A model generated the notes under the pieces. That model had not been told where the DNA came from, ran no database searches, and was given only the letters and a program-made list of their open reading frames with translations. A stretch of DNA of 64,000 nucleotides from Lama glama (taxonomy: Eukaryota). Both the position numbers and the translations under genes were made by a program. The DNA lies in the NCBI GenBank assembly GCA_028534125.1, contig CM052816.1:79300001-79364000 (forward strand). The letters are read 5' to 3'. Shown here piece by piece: positions 1 through 13,512 of this stretch (positions within the stretch are counted from its first letter, which is position 1; every line of letters begins with the position of its first letter).

Positions 1-99
1 TTTAGTTGGGTTTCTATATCCTTTGGTAAATTGGGAACTTAATCTAATTGTGGATGGTGGGGGGAGAATATTCTATCAGGTAAAGATTTTAGAATTAAG

Positions 100-101
<2 letters not shown>

Positions 102-142
<41 letters not shown>
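102..142. repeat. (TATC)n tetranucleotide microsatellite, ~10 units
   Basis: Directly visible tatctatctatc run. Confidence 0.97.
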
Positions 143-2299
143 GAGCCTCTTCTCCATTTTAAACAATTGAAATGCTACTGGCAGAAATGTGAAACTAGCC
201 TTTTTGCCTGCGCCGAGGAAGTTCAGAGATCATCACGCTGGCTACCCGTCAATAATTTCCCAGGGTGATAGAACATTTAGTACGGTAAAATGAACATAGT
301 TGAGATGCAAAACATCTTGCTGAGTGAGTGAAGGATGAATGAACTTCTGCTCCGAGTGCAGCATGGGTGCTACGTGGACAAGGTAATGGCAGAACCTGAG
401 GGTGAGCACATGACTAACTGAGCTGGCTCAGCAGGTGATAACAAAATTAAATAGAGAAGGAACCTGGTCTCTGCACTGTTTCTATAACTAGAGAGGACCC
501 AACTTCTCAAAGACTCGAGATAATCATCATGGGATAAATGGATTTTTAATTTTAGCCAAAAGATAACAATGTAAACGTTCGAAAGATTAGAGTGAAGAAT
601 CCTTAACTTATTAACATCAGAGGATGCTTTGTAAATATTTGCTGTTTTTGCTCTCTAGGGGGTTGGGGCAGAATAGACTTAGTGGCTCAGTGGAAGCGGT
701 GGGGGGTGGGGAGGCAGGCCACAATGAGGACCACAGGAGCCAGCTCAGCATCCTGGTGGGACTGCAGGGTGTGCATGAGAGGGGGCTCTCTCCAAAAGAC
801 AGCTCTGAAAGATCACAACTGTGAATGTGGGTGTATGAGCAAAGCCAGGGATGCCAGTTTGGAGAAAAGCCAGGGCTTCTGAATGAGCAGTTATTAGCGG
901 TATCAAAACTCGGTGTGAGTCACATTATCATCTCAGCAGCGAGGCAGGCTGCAGCGCTAGCAAACCCCTTGTCACACTTGGCTAACTCTCAGAGGCAGCT
1001 CTCAAGGACTCCCAGCAAAAGTGCCCCAGGATGGTGCCTGACCACGCGGCCCCATCATTCAGCCCGTTCAGTCCCACATCGCAGAGGGCAGAGCAGAAAG
1101 GCAGTCCTTGGCACTAACAGGAACAAAGCATCAAAGAGCAGAACTGAATGAAAATGTGTAGTTTTCGAATCCCAAGGCCTCAAACCATCTCTGCCAATAT
1201 GCTTTACCAAGAGCCTTAAACTGTGGGAGAGTCAAGCTCACAATTTACTAAATTCCAATATCATAACCCCCACAGCCCACAGGCCAGAATGAACCATTTT
1301 CTCAAATGTCAACTTATCGGAAACTTCACGAGGACTAGGGCGTGCTCATGAGTGCTTTGTTCTCGAGTTTCTTTTAAATGACCTGAGAAGCCGTGCATTT
1401 AAACAGGAGGTCTGTGCCACATTGACAAAACAGCGTGTGTAGCAGATATAGAGTAAGGAAGAATCAAATATCGGGGGAGATTTCCAGTTGTTTATTTGGA
1501 AAGCAGAAGCCAAGACCCCATTCAATGTCTTGGGGTGAATACTGATCTGTTGGAGACATTATTTCTGAGCAGGCTCATTGTGGCTTCTTGGGATAAAGTT
1601 GCCCAGGAAACTAGAACATGGTTGGAAAGGCTACCGAAACAGGGCATCTTTGGAGGCAGGGGGGTGAGGACCAAGAGTGGGCAAGAATGAGGGAAGTGGG
1701 TGGATACTGCACTTTCAAAGCTCCTAGGGTTCACTCCAAGCCAGAAGCAGCCCTATGTGTGGGGCATGTGACAGACCTCGACTCCATCCCTTGCCCCTCA
1801 CCTCGGTTCCATCTCTGCTGTGCACTGGCAATGGGACGGTTCTTGTGCAGTATCCTTGGGCTGTAAAGGGCTCTTGAGAGAAGAACTCCAGAGGGCTGCT
1901 TCCTGGGTGAGGCACTAGCTCATGGTGAGTGATCTGACCGGGTCAGGGACGGAAGGGATGCAGTGCCTTCTTGTGCTAGCTGGCCTGGCTGCTACCCACT
2001 CAGCTGGCTGTCTGCTGCTATGGCAACAGTTCTAGCACTTTTTTTTCCTGGTCTTTCTGGCTCATTACAGCCTCCTGAACCCTGCTATTGCCTCTGCCTG
2101 GAATGTCCACTCTCCTCTGCTCTACGCTGGAGTCTGGATTCCATCCTTTCCTTCTCTTCTCCTCTTTCCCGGCCATGTTTGCAAACATTTATTGAGCACT
2201 TGCTATGTACGTTGTTGCACACTTGCTACTTCGGAGGACACAAAGATGGATAACAAGTTGTCTCCAGCTCAAGGTAGAAATGACAGCAGTAGGATTCAA

Positions 2300-2882
2300 T
2301 AGATAAATAGCCTCTGCCTGAATTCTTAGTGTCCTCACTTCCCTCCTTTACCCCTTATAGTCTGTTCTGTATAGGGATATATTTTAAATCAAATGACCAT
2401 GCTCCAGTGACTTCTCATCTCATCTGTTTGGCAGAGTCAAAGCCAAGGTCCCTCCAGTGGCCCTCAGAGCTGTTTCCTCCTCACTTTTCTCTCCTGCTAC
2501 TCTCCTCCAGCTCAGTCCTCTCTGACTACAAAGGCTGACTTGCTGTTCCTTGGAATACACCAGGCACGACCCCACTTTAGGGCTTTTGCATTCACCACGG
2601 TATTCACTTAAAATGCTCTTCCTCCAGAGATCCGCAAGGCTCTCTCCTTCACCTCTTCCAGGCTTCTGCTTATATGCCTTTTCACAGAGAGATCTTGGGC
2701 ACCCTATTTAACACAGCAACTCCCGCCCAGACTCCTGTATTTTTACCTACATTCTTTTTTTTTTTTTTCCCTGTAGCCTTTATCATCATTTGCTGTTGTC
2801 TCTATTTTACCCGCTTTAGCCTCAGGTCAAGGGTGGCTCCTGGCACACAGAGGTGCTGCGTAAGTGTTTGTTGAATAAATGT
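2300..2882 (+). mobile_element. L2 LINE 3' fragment
   Basis: Pyrimidine-rich L2-like body ending cctggcacacagaggtgctgcgtaagtgtttgttgaataaatg. Confidence 0.7.
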
Positions 2883-4727
2883 GTGTGTGCACGTGATGGT
2901 GCTCAGTCCTGCTGGAGAGGATCTGAACAGAAACGCGGCGCTGGGGAGAGAGCACTCAGTGTGTCAGGGGAAGCTTTAGGAATGAAACGGCAGTTGAAAT
3001 AGGCCTTGGATACTGGAGGAGCCGCAAACCCTTCGAGATGAGACGAATAGCAAGAGCAAAGACAGGGAGACAGCAAAGAAGGCACAGACCCCTCTTTTGA
3101 TCAGCAAGGCTCTGTGCTAATCTGTCCTTTATTCTGTGCTCCCTCTGCCTTTGGGCCATCGCTCTCTCATTCTTGCCTGTGTGGATGGGGCCGTTAGATA
3201 GAATCCCTTCAGGGGAACAAATGTGGCTTCTTCTGTAGCTTTTGCAGAGCACGGGGCTACACAGAGGGTATGATGCACAGAGCTAATTGAAGAATTAACT
3301 GATTGCTGTGCTCAGTGGAAAGTTTACTGAGCTATGTGGCAGTAATGCAGGTTCAGGGAGGCAGAACAGGATAGGCGGCCCCACCCCGCCCACAGGGCGC
3401 CCAGGGTCCAGGCAGGGAGCTGACCCTGAGGATGTGGTTGTCGATGAGAAGTATCGAGAAGAGAGAGGCACAGCGGGCTGTGGGAACCTAGGGCAGGGTG
3501 CCTGCCCGCCCCGGACGTTCCCCGGACGACAGACATTTAGTTGAGACCTCAAGTCAGGCTATGACCCCTGCCAGAGTCGAGTTCAGGAGGCCCAGTCTGT
3601 GAGGAGATGCAGCATCGTCCCTGGGAAAGGGGCAAGTGCAGTCCCCGTGAAGACAGACCCCCTCTAACCCTTCATTTATTTGGGGACAGTTAAATGGTCT
3701 AAGAAGGCAACGTTCTTGAGTGAAAGTAATAACCCCTTGCAGAACTTTGTTGTCGTGTCAGTGTTAAAGTGCGTCTACAGCACATGGGGTCGAAGAGGCC
3801 TGAGTCGTCAGCTTACTCGGTGTCAGTCTGAACTCACTCTGGCCCCAAGGGAAGGACATCCCCTCCTGGCCATCTGCTCGAGGCTAGCATTTTGGGCTGT
3901 ATCCCAAAGAGTCTATTTCTTCCTTAATGTGAAAGTTGTCACAGTAACTTCCCATTGTTTCTCAGAGAGCCCAGCACACTCTGTTCTGACAACCATGGGC
4001 AACCGGGACATCTAAGGAGTCTGAGCCGGGCAGCACCTCTCTCCCCGCCGTGTCCGCAGAGAAGGACAGAACAAAGCATTCCATCGTGAGTGCCACAGCT
4101 CTGTCCCCAAAAGGTCATGCCGACAGGCACCGAATGAGCACATTATTCAGTACCCTGTTCTGAGGCTTTTCCACCCCCAAAAGCCAGGGAATCTCAACCC
4201 TTTAGAAATCCACAGCGGGGTGTGAGATTTTCTTAAATATTCAGTTCTTTTGTCCCTGGATGTAGGTGATACAAAGTGTCTGTGGAGTTCAGGTGGCCAG
4301 GTTTTGGCCTGAGACACTATCAAGCATCACATCTACGTGGCCTCTGTCTCAGTCCTGAACTTGTTTTGCACAGAATTTCCACACAGTGTGACAAGCAGAC
4401 TGCGTTGATACCCAGTTCTTTTTCATTTATCAGGATTAACACTTCATGTAAACTAAAGGCTGACCTTTACAGAGCAACTTTGATTCCACCAAGAAATTCT
4501 GAACAAATTTCAATTTACTACAGAAGCATTTTTTTGGGTAATGGGTCCCTAGTTCTTAGGGACCAATCCGGTAGAGTAAGGTTTTATCAAAGATCTAGTA
4601 AAGCACTGTGTGAGGAACTTGGGAAAATACAGAGATGAAAAAAATGGAGTCTTTGCTGTTAGAACTTTAGGGTCTTCTGGCATCCCCTCCAGACCCCAAC
4701 GCTGGTCTGTTTCTGGAACCCAATTAC

Positions 4728-4907
4728 CTTTTCTGCAACAACAGCAGGCACTTTGATTGGCTGGAAGACGTGAGTCCCAATGGCCACACTGAGGGCCCGG
4801 TAGACCCCTTCCGTACTGTCCGGATGGCAAGAAAAATAGAGCAGCATCTGTGTGTAGTCAAGCTGGGGTGGCTCCTTCTCATGGTCAGCAAATAGCCTAA
4901 AGAAAAA
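4728..4907 (-). CDS. SPEF2: SPEF2 coding exon (last seen in window): FFFRLFADHEKEPPQLDYTQMLLYFSCHPDSTEGVYRALSVAIGTHVFQPIKVPAVVAEK
   Basis: Overlaps ORF 4659..4847; acceptor tgtgacag|, donor AAG|gtaatt; 180 bp, phase 0 to 0. No further exon found in 1-4700. Confidence 0.94.
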
Positions 4908-6912
4908 CTGTCACACAAAAAGAATTTCAACCAAAGATAAAACACGGCTACTAGAACATTCAAGTGGAGCTGTCCAGTAGGCAGCGGTATCCAGGAGCTA
5001 ACGTTGGAAGAGAGAGGTTTGGAACAGAAATAGATACTTGGGATTTGTCAGCAAATAGCTAGTATTTCAAATCGTGAACTTGGCATCAACACATATTAAC
5101 AGCCCAACATAAGAGAAGGATTTCACATGGACAGATGGTGTGGAGAAGAGATTGACACAAAACCTGTGCATCTGAATATGAGGAAATTTAATTGCCTTTT
5201 CTCAGGTAATCCCTGAGGACTTTTACTCTGGAATAGTCAGTCATGCTTGGCGTTGCGTGGAAAACTAGGCAGCCGGGACTCGGCTGAACCTCATCAGTTA
5301 TAAGGAAGTGTGTTGTCACTGTCAGGGGACAATGATGTGATTGCAACACAGACACGTCTTGGGGCTCCTTTTTTGGATGCAACTGGACTTTTCATTCAGT
5401 ATCTGGGACTCTAAGGTCATCCAAGCCCATGCACAATGGTAATGGCCTGTCTCTAGGAGCCCTGCCGACCCTGGGCCACAGAGAACGCAGATGACAAAGC
5501 AGGGGAGCTTGGTGCGGCCCTAGAGTGTAGCTAAGCCCTCTTAAGAGGATACAGAGGCCCCGGGAGGTGAAGGGACCTGCTCCAGGTCTTACAATGAGTC
5601 ATGGAAGAACGGGGAACAGATCCCAGGGAGCCTGGCCTTCAGAATTCCTCTGCACGGGCTATTTCCCCCAGATTTGGTCTTTGCTATTCTAAGTACAGCC
5701 CCCCGAGTAAACTTATAATATTGCCTTATGTTTTTGCTTTGCACACCTTCCTTAGCATGGTGACCGTTAACCATCATTTAACCATCTATAGTTTGCATGG
5801 TTAGCTTCTGTTTAGGTGACACTTACACAGGGCTTGCTATAGGCCAGTCACTGCTCTAAAAGTACCACACATATGAGTTCACTCTGCCCAACAACCCCGG
5901 CAGAGAGGGATGAGAATAAGCCACGGCCCAGAGAGGTTAGGCAACGCCATCAAGATGTCACAGCATGTCAGCTGTGGCATCTGTGCTTTTAATCCCAGCT
6001 GAAGAGCATTAAGATTTATGTAGTGCAGAGACAGATGGAAAACTACACTGCTTTCTGTCCTCTGGACATCACACACACCCACAGCTGTCAGCTGTCCTTC
6101 ATGCCATCAGAGCACTTCCATCTCAGGCTCCATGGTCCTGCCTCTGTCCCCAGTTTACTCCTTTCCTCCGTGTCATTTTCCAGCAGTTTGGGCAGCAGCA
6201 GCAGGTGGGAGCCACCCCCTTCCTTGGTACCCAAAGGCCCTTTCCTGCGTCACTGCCTCCCAGTCCTCAGGGCTGATTTCTGCCTTTATTGGCTCCATAA
6301 GCAATGCCCTGATGGACATTTCTAGAAACTTCTGGCTGAAGGGGAAAGTGCTTTTTCCTTGGCATCTTATTCAGACTGCTGGCCTTCTTCTCAAGGAATG
6401 AAGAAATTGTTTATGTTGCGGGCAGATTTATTCACAGAATCATGAAGAGATGTCTTCCAAAGCTTTCCAGGAGAATTGATGTCAGTTCTCCATTTATTAA
6501 AAAAAATACAAAAAAACAACCACCAAAACAAAAATGTGCCCCTGCAACTGCCAGCCTCATGTCTTGGACTTTTTTGGTGACTCCCTGACCCCTTTCTTTG
6601 ACCTACTCTCCTGCCAGCATCTAGCAGAGATGCTCAAAGGAAATGCGTCCAGTGGAAGGGAACTGTTCATTTTCAGATTCTAACTGGAGTCATGCACTGC
6701 AGTTTTGAACTAAGGGCTGGCTGGAAATTGACTAATCGATACACATAGTTTGCTGTGATGTCTAAATCTACCATTCAGCTTTTCTTGTAGCTTATTGAGT
6801 TTGGATGTGTTACATCTATGTTTTATATTTCAAACAATTCTACTGAAGTCAGAGTGGGCTTTAGATTTTAAGGTCTTGCATTCTATTTTGGCCTCAGGGC
6901 TAGAAATGAATG

Positions 6913-6956
6913 ATAATAATAATAATAATAATAATGATATTTTTGATAATAATAAT
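6913..6956. repeat. (AAT)n microsatellite, interrupted
   Basis: Directly visible ataataataat run. Confidence 0.9.
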
Positions 6957-7389
6957 CTGATGGGTCATGGGCAATACTGTACGCAAATCCTTAGAATGGT
7001 AGTCAAAATGAAAGAGAAATGAGCAAAAACATGTATTGGTAAAAGGCATTCCTATCCAAAGCTTTTAGAATTGGAAGGTCACTTAGAGAAAAATGTATTC
7101 AGTAACAGCTTATTTGCCAGATGAGGAAGGTGAAACTCAGAGGTAATGGATACTGTCCAAGATCACACAGAGAATTAATAGGACTCTGTCTAAGATTTTG
7201 GCCCCTATCTCCTCCCCAGATTCCTCTGCACTGCTACCTTAGTGAATATTAAACTCTGCACTGTGAGGATCCAGCAAAGGAGCTGGGGGTGAGAATAGAA
7301 TCTAAAACTAATTACACAGGTGGAAGAAAAGCCAAAGAAACTGGTCAATGTTACATAGTACTACACTTTTTAAAGATCGCAATAATTAC

Positions 7390-7482
7390 CTCTATAAGAT
7401 GCTCCTGCCTGTTGAATGGCAAGGGTTCAAGAGGATTTTCTGGAATTTTTATATCTTCATCTCCCATAAACCACAGGCCAGC
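7390..7482 (-). CDS. SPEF2: SPEF2 coding exon: AGLWFMGDEDIKIPENPLEPLPFNRQEHLIE
   Basis: Hand translation; acceptor ttgtatag|, donor GAG|gtaatt; 93 bp, phase 0 to 0. Confidence 0.94.
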
Positions 7483-8499
7483 CTATACAAAAAGGAGAAT
7501 CATTAAAGTTATGCTGAGATGCAACTGCTCCTCTAAGAGCCAGGGACTGAATCCCTTCTTTGCAGGTGTCTAGGGCAGTGGTCTCCCAAGTAGGGTGAAG
7601 AAATCATGGGGACGGAGGAGAAAATACTAGGAACTTCCATTCACATTTGTTTGATCTCATTCTTTAATAATTTTTATTTTTAAAAATTAGAGAATGGGTA
7701 TGATGTATGAGTGCAGTAGTACGTGTGGCTAATGTACAAATGAAAACCCACACACTGGGCGTGCTAGCTGTATTGAACTGTTGGAGCCTGTGGTGACACT
7801 TGACAGTCCCTGCCCTAGACGATGCTTGCACAGCAAAACTTCAAAGGGGTCTGTGCCTGTCACACTAGCTCCCATTCTACGTGTCCTGTTTGTGCTGCTA
7901 TCTGTCCTTGGAACCCAGCGTGGTGCTGGGGCACAAGGTTGATGCCGGAAAATCTTTGCTGAGGGAGTGACTGACTGACTCAAGAGCTCAATGGACTTCT
8001 TTTTAATGACAAACCTCGTTCTCAGCCCACATCTGACATCAATGAGCAACTCTCTTGGTTCCCACTTGGCAATGCCTCTCCCCTCTCTCCCCTCCTCTCA
8101 CTCTCACTGCTGCCATGCTGGTTTCGAGTCTCAAGCCTCTGTCATGGGCCACTCCAGCAACCCTGGAGCCGTCTTCATTTCCTGTCTCCTTCTTATTCAT
8201 TTCAGCTCATATCATGTGACCATATCAACTTGCTCAAGGCTTTAATCTTGTCATGTCATTCTCTGCTCAGAACCATCCTCTCACTTTTGCTCACATCATC
8301 ACTCCTACTTGAGGTGACTTCCTGTCCACTAATGTAAACCTATCCATCTTTCCAGATCCAGCTTAGATCACACCTCCTCAGGGAGGTCCTCCTTGATCTC
8401 TCCTCTAAGCTCCAATTTGACTTGTTCATACTACACATTTGGCATTCAGTCCATTTCTTTGGGTGTTCTCATTCATGTCTGCAATTGACCATCAGGGAA

Positions 8500-9405
8500 A
8501 ACAGTACCACCAGGAAGAGTGGAAGGACCTTCTAAACCACAAGGCTTTGGGAAGATCCTCCAGGAGGATATTACTTTAGTGGTGAAGCCAGATTAGCCCT
8601 ACACCAAAGAATGCTCTGGACCCATCCTTACAAACCTTAAGGCAACCTTGGAAGGATAAAACTGACTGCAAGTAACATTTCTGCTTGCCTGACAATATTT
8701 CAAGGTATATAAAATTTGGTACCTAACAGTGTAAAATTAAAACATCTGGCATCCTATATAAAGTTACTAGGCGTCCAAAGAAGCCAGAAAATCTAACCTA
8801 CAGTCAGAAGAAACATCAATCAGAAGAAACAAACACAGAAATACACAGATAACGGAATGAACAGACAAGAACGTTCATTTAGCTACTCCAAATATATTTC
8901 GTTTGTTCAAGGAGATAGAGAAATATGCACACAATGAAGAAAGAAATGAAGGATATATATAAAAAGACACAAGCTTCAAGAGAAAAAGTACATTTGAAAT
9001 AAAAAATACACTGGATTGTATTAATAATATTTGACTCTGCAAAAGAAATGATCAGTGACCTGGAAGATGAAGAAGTAGCTACGAATGCAAAATAAAGAAC
9101 AGAGAGGGAAAAAGACTGGAAAAAACTGAATCAAGCATCAGTGAGCCGTGGGACGAACATGTGATTGGATTTTGAGAAGGGATGGGGCTACATAGAAAAT
9201 ATTTGGGAAAAAAGAAAATCCTGACAACTTTCCAAATTTGACAAAAATTACAAACCCACATATTCAAGAAGCTCAGTGAACCCCAAGCAAAAGAAATGGT
9301 CCGAAAACCACAGTGAGAGAAATACAATAATCAACTTGCTGAAAATCAATGATAAAGAGGAAATACTAAAAGAAGCTAGAAAGGAAAAAAAAAGAAAAAA
9401 GAAAC
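8500..9405 (+). mobile_element. Old L1 fragment (5' UTR/ORF1 region)
   Basis: ORF1-like remnant ...IINLLKINDKEEILKEAR; attcaagaagctcagtgaacccca; A-rich plus strand. Confidence 0.7.
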
Positions 9406-10081
9406 AGAGAGGAATTCTACCCTGCCCCCATTTTTCAACCATCAATTTCATATCCAAATTGTTTCAATGCACAGGAATTTTCCCTGATTCTTAAACCCAA
9501 GAATTCATTCATATTAGATTTTTTTTAAAAAAGGTGATATTTTATAGATTAGGAAACTGTTTCAAAGTGTTTCACATACGAGAGGCCCACTTGAGAAAGA
9601 AAAGAGAACGGAATTAGAGAACAACTTATGTTTTTTAAAAAGTCATCCCTGAAATTTCAGCAATGTGAAAAGTTCAGTGTGTATGGTAGGGCTGGGTTTA
9701 AATTCATAAAGCAAGGTTCGGTCAACCACATCCTGTCTCACTGGATAATCAGGTGATTTCTCCTTAAAATATGGAAATGTCCTTCGTACTCTTTTGCTAA
9801 AACAGGGCCAAAGAATTTTAGGTTATTTTACTTTTCCTCAAAGAGTTAGCGCCGCACTGTTTGGACCCTAGAACATCGGGCTCATCAAGCCTCACAGTAA
9901 CGTGCATCCTCACCGGCAGAGGATGAGCCGAGAGCTCAGCATCAAAGAATTCTACATGAGTGTGACTAAACGTGCACATGCGACACAGGTGAGCGTGCAA
10001 CAGCTGCAGCCAGGGTGGGAGCAAAGGCAAATGAGATGCACTTTTATGCTCGCATTGCTGAGCTGAAGTACCCAGCCTGGC

Positions 10082-10612
10082 TGTTAGAGCAGGCAGGTAG
10101 CTAGATATGAGCAGAGAAAGGGGGACATGGGCAAATGATAGACAATCACACATCTTGTAAGCAACAGGGGTCCTGGGACAGACCAAGAAAAACAGGATCC
10201 TCTGGACTAATAAAAAACATAACTTCTGGGTTGATACATATCCTGGAGGCAGAAGGGTGGGGCAGGCAGGAATCCCCACCATCTGAACGTAACCTTTTGT
10301 TCATTATGACCTCATCCAACTTCCCAATCAAGACTAAATAAGGATGAAAAATCCCTCCTCCCCACCTGGGAAGGTGGAGCTGGGATGAAGATCAGGAAAG
10401 ATGACCCCAAACCCCTCCCCACCAATGAATATTCTGCCCATTCATTTTTACACTCATATAACGAGCTTGCCAGGGAAACTCAGGGCAGCCGCCCACCTGG
10501 TTTGCCTGCTCTTTTCTTGAGAGCGTACTACTTATCTCTTAATACATCCTTGCTTTGCTTTCTTGTCTCTGAATTCTTTCTGCTACAAGACAAGAACCTC
10601 TTGACCCCAACA
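10082..10612 (+). mobile_element. Solo LTR (ERV1/MER50-like)
   Basis: Starts TGTTAGAGCAGGCAGGTAGCTAGATATGAGCAG and ends CCCCAACA; internal TATA-like and poly(A)-like elements; no clean target-site duplication. Confidence 0.65.
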
Positions 10613-12526
10613 TGATGAGCTGTACAAATGCTGCATCTCGTTCCATTTTAGAAGCTGGGGAAACCAGCACACTCTTAAGTGGCTGTTGCGGTGAACTTGT
10701 AATTAGTCCAAAGAAAAGAAAAAAGACAAAATAAAAAGCAGAGTAGGGAGCCCTCCCCCCACCCCCCGGGGGACTTCATTTCAGCAAAGCAGATGTATTA
10801 CTTTACGACTCTAAGGTGGCATTTCCGACAAAGCATAAAGTTTTGCCCTAGAAGCTGTTCTGACATTCCCATAAAGATCTGTGTGGGTGTGATCTGGTGA
10901 GTGCTGGAAATCTGTGAGTCACGTGGGGAGGTCTAGCGGGCCTCTCCAAAGGGCCTTCTCGTCCTGGGCCTCCTGAGGAGTGGGGACGGGTGGGCCAGGG
11001 GAGAGGTCAGAGCTCAGAAATCAACTGCTCCCAAAACACAGGAGGTGTTCTAATAAGTATTTCTGAGTTTCAATTTAATGCAGTGACCAACTTTCTCTAA
11101 GAAATTCATACCTTTGGTAAAGGGAGCTTTCTGGTTTTGCTCAGAACTTTGGTGCAAATTTCCAACACCTGTGTTCATCTCATGTTTGTGCAAAAAGATG
11201 TTTAAATCAATATCCTGTGTTAATTGGCATAAACTGTAAAGAGCGAAGGCTGGTATTTTCACAAGTGCCCACTTTTTAAAATCTTAAGCTGACAACAAAA
11301 TAGAATATGTTTTGCTCTGATGTTTATGTTTTAAACAAAATCACTTTTGCAAGTTGTTAAGTCCAGATCAAGCACAATGAAAGAACCCACAAATTGCTCT
11401 ACTTGGGAAGCGAATCAGAGCCCAGTCAGCTAGGCACCTTTCTTAATCAGCCTTGAAGAACCCCCTCAGTGTGTAAGTGCCATTTCCTCCGGCTCAGCTG
11501 TGCGCATGGGAATCTCAGGGCTGGCGATGAGCACATCTTCCGTTAATTAAGGAAGAAAAGAGAAGCAGGAAGGGATGTGATCTTTCGATGATGAAATTTA
11601 TCTGAGATACAGGTACCCAGAGATCATTGCCCTGTTTCAAATTTAGCACCTTATAAAGTTTCCAGCTTTCCTATCTACCAGCAAAGTGACTTGGTGAGTG
11701 CTAGGGTGGGTTCAATTAGGAGACGATAAATAAGTCACTCAGGCCCTTCTTAGTTATGGCATTCCATTCTCACTCCTTCCTCACTCAAACTTCTCAAAAT
11801 GAATTGACTACTCTTACCTGCACTTCCTAAGACCTATTCATTTCATCTACCCTCTGCAATTTGTGTTCTGTACTCCATCAAAATTGCTCTGCTGAAGGTC
11901 ACCAGATACATCCTACCTGCAAGTCAGGTATCCCCTTACTGGATTATCCATCACTTTACACACTTCCTCCGGGTGATCTTGTCCATTCATAAATTTAACA
12001 ACTGCCTATGTGGTAGTGACTTGTTTCTCCATCTGCCATATCAGATGGGATGTTTCTGTCTTGCATTTCCCACAGACATTTCACACTCAACTTGTCTGAA
12101 ACCATCTAATCATTCACCACACTCGTGATTGAAGGAAAAAAAAATGCCCCTTTTCCTGTGTTCATTGCAACTGTTGTTGCTACTCCTAGAATATTAGGTC
12201 TTGAGCAATGGGCTTATTAAAAGCTCTGTAGGTGCTTCTGATGTACAGCCAAGGTTAAGAACGATCTAGAAACTGCTCAGGAGGACAATGAAGTTTGTGT
12301 GACTTCTTTCAGAACTTTTAGCCCTCCAAGCAGTTCTGACTCTTTCAGACCCTTCCCTGGGGATGGAAGCCAGACTTCTGCCTGGGACCTGACAGTGCCT
12401 GTGCTGTCCCTGGGCGCCTAGACATGGGCCAGGATCCCTGGCACTGTGAAGTCAGTGAATAATACACTTCTTAGGTCAAAAGCAGTCTGGTATGATCAGT
12501 GTCACTAGCTGCTGGCTGGTAGCAAC

Positions 12527-12709
12527 CTGCATATACTGCTCGAAAGTGACTGTGCCCAGCTGCTCCTCATCCACAGCCTTGAACCTCTGCAGGGTCTCCA
12601 GGAGCTCCTCCTCCAGAGGGATGGGCCAAGGCAGCGCCGTTAATAACAAGAATTTCCGCCAGTCCACGAACTCTGAGTTTATGACCAATAAAGATGCTAA
12701 CTCCTGCAA
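12527..12709 (-). CDS. SPEF2: SPEF2 coding exon: LQELASLLVINSEFVDWRKFLLLTALPWPIPLEEELLETLQRFKAVDEEQLGTVTFEQYMQ (EF-hand-like region)
   Basis: ORF 12476..12709; acceptor tttcttctag|, donor CAG|gttgct; 183 bp, phase 0 to 0. Confidence 0.95.
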
Positions 12710-13405
12710 CTAGAAGAAAACAGGAAATGCCAATGGAATATTTGTATGACTCTCAGGTGACCCTCTACCTCCTCGTGTTTCTTAGTAAAAGATTTCGATG
12801 AAGGAAGTAAGGTTTTAGCTTGGCCAGTAGAGCGAGTTCTGACTTTTGTTCCCTCAGGTCCTACCAACCGATCCACACCAGACAGAACCTGAAAAGTGTT
12901 TCACTCCTCATTTCCTCGATATTTGTATTTTCTGCTTACTGTTATGCAACAAATTAACACTTGCGACTGTTGTACACTATGCACCTCTTCAACAGAGGAG
13001 GAATGAAGAGGATGGTTACCAGGGCTCCACTGGTTGTGGGGAAATACTCCTTAACCTCTTCGTCACCTGATGCATTCCTAAGGAACAGAATATAATGCAG
13101 AGAAGGAACTGCCAGAATCGCCTACTATTACTAGTTAGGCTCATTGCATCCGGTGGTAATAGGTACGACCTCATGGGTGGAGCCTCATGGTCTCTGTAAC
13201 GTTTCATCGACAGTCAGCATCATTGCTCATTTTCCAAACTGAGCATGCACACACTATGATCTGAACTTGCAGTTCATTCAGGTCCTACTGGCTGCCTGCT
13301 AAATGTCAGATACTGTGCAGGTATGGGTTATTTTAAAATTACTGACTTATTGATCAAACAAGAAGAATGCTCAAAACTTGAAACCCCAGCAAAAATGAAG
13401 CTTAC

Positions 13406-13512
13406 TTCAGGTTGAGTGAGGTGCATCCAACTACTAGGAAAGTTGTTTGTTCCAAGGCTGAGGGTTGTCAAATCCAGCAGAATGTCGGCAAATGCTTTAT
13501 GTCCTATTATGC
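13406..13512 (-). CDS. SPEF2: SPEF2 coding exon: (G)IIGHKAFADILLDLTTLSLGTNNFPSSWMHLTQPE
   Basis: Hand translation; acceptor attgtag|, donor GAA|gtaagc; 107 bp, phase 1 to 0; continues the frame from 25268. Confidence 0.94.
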
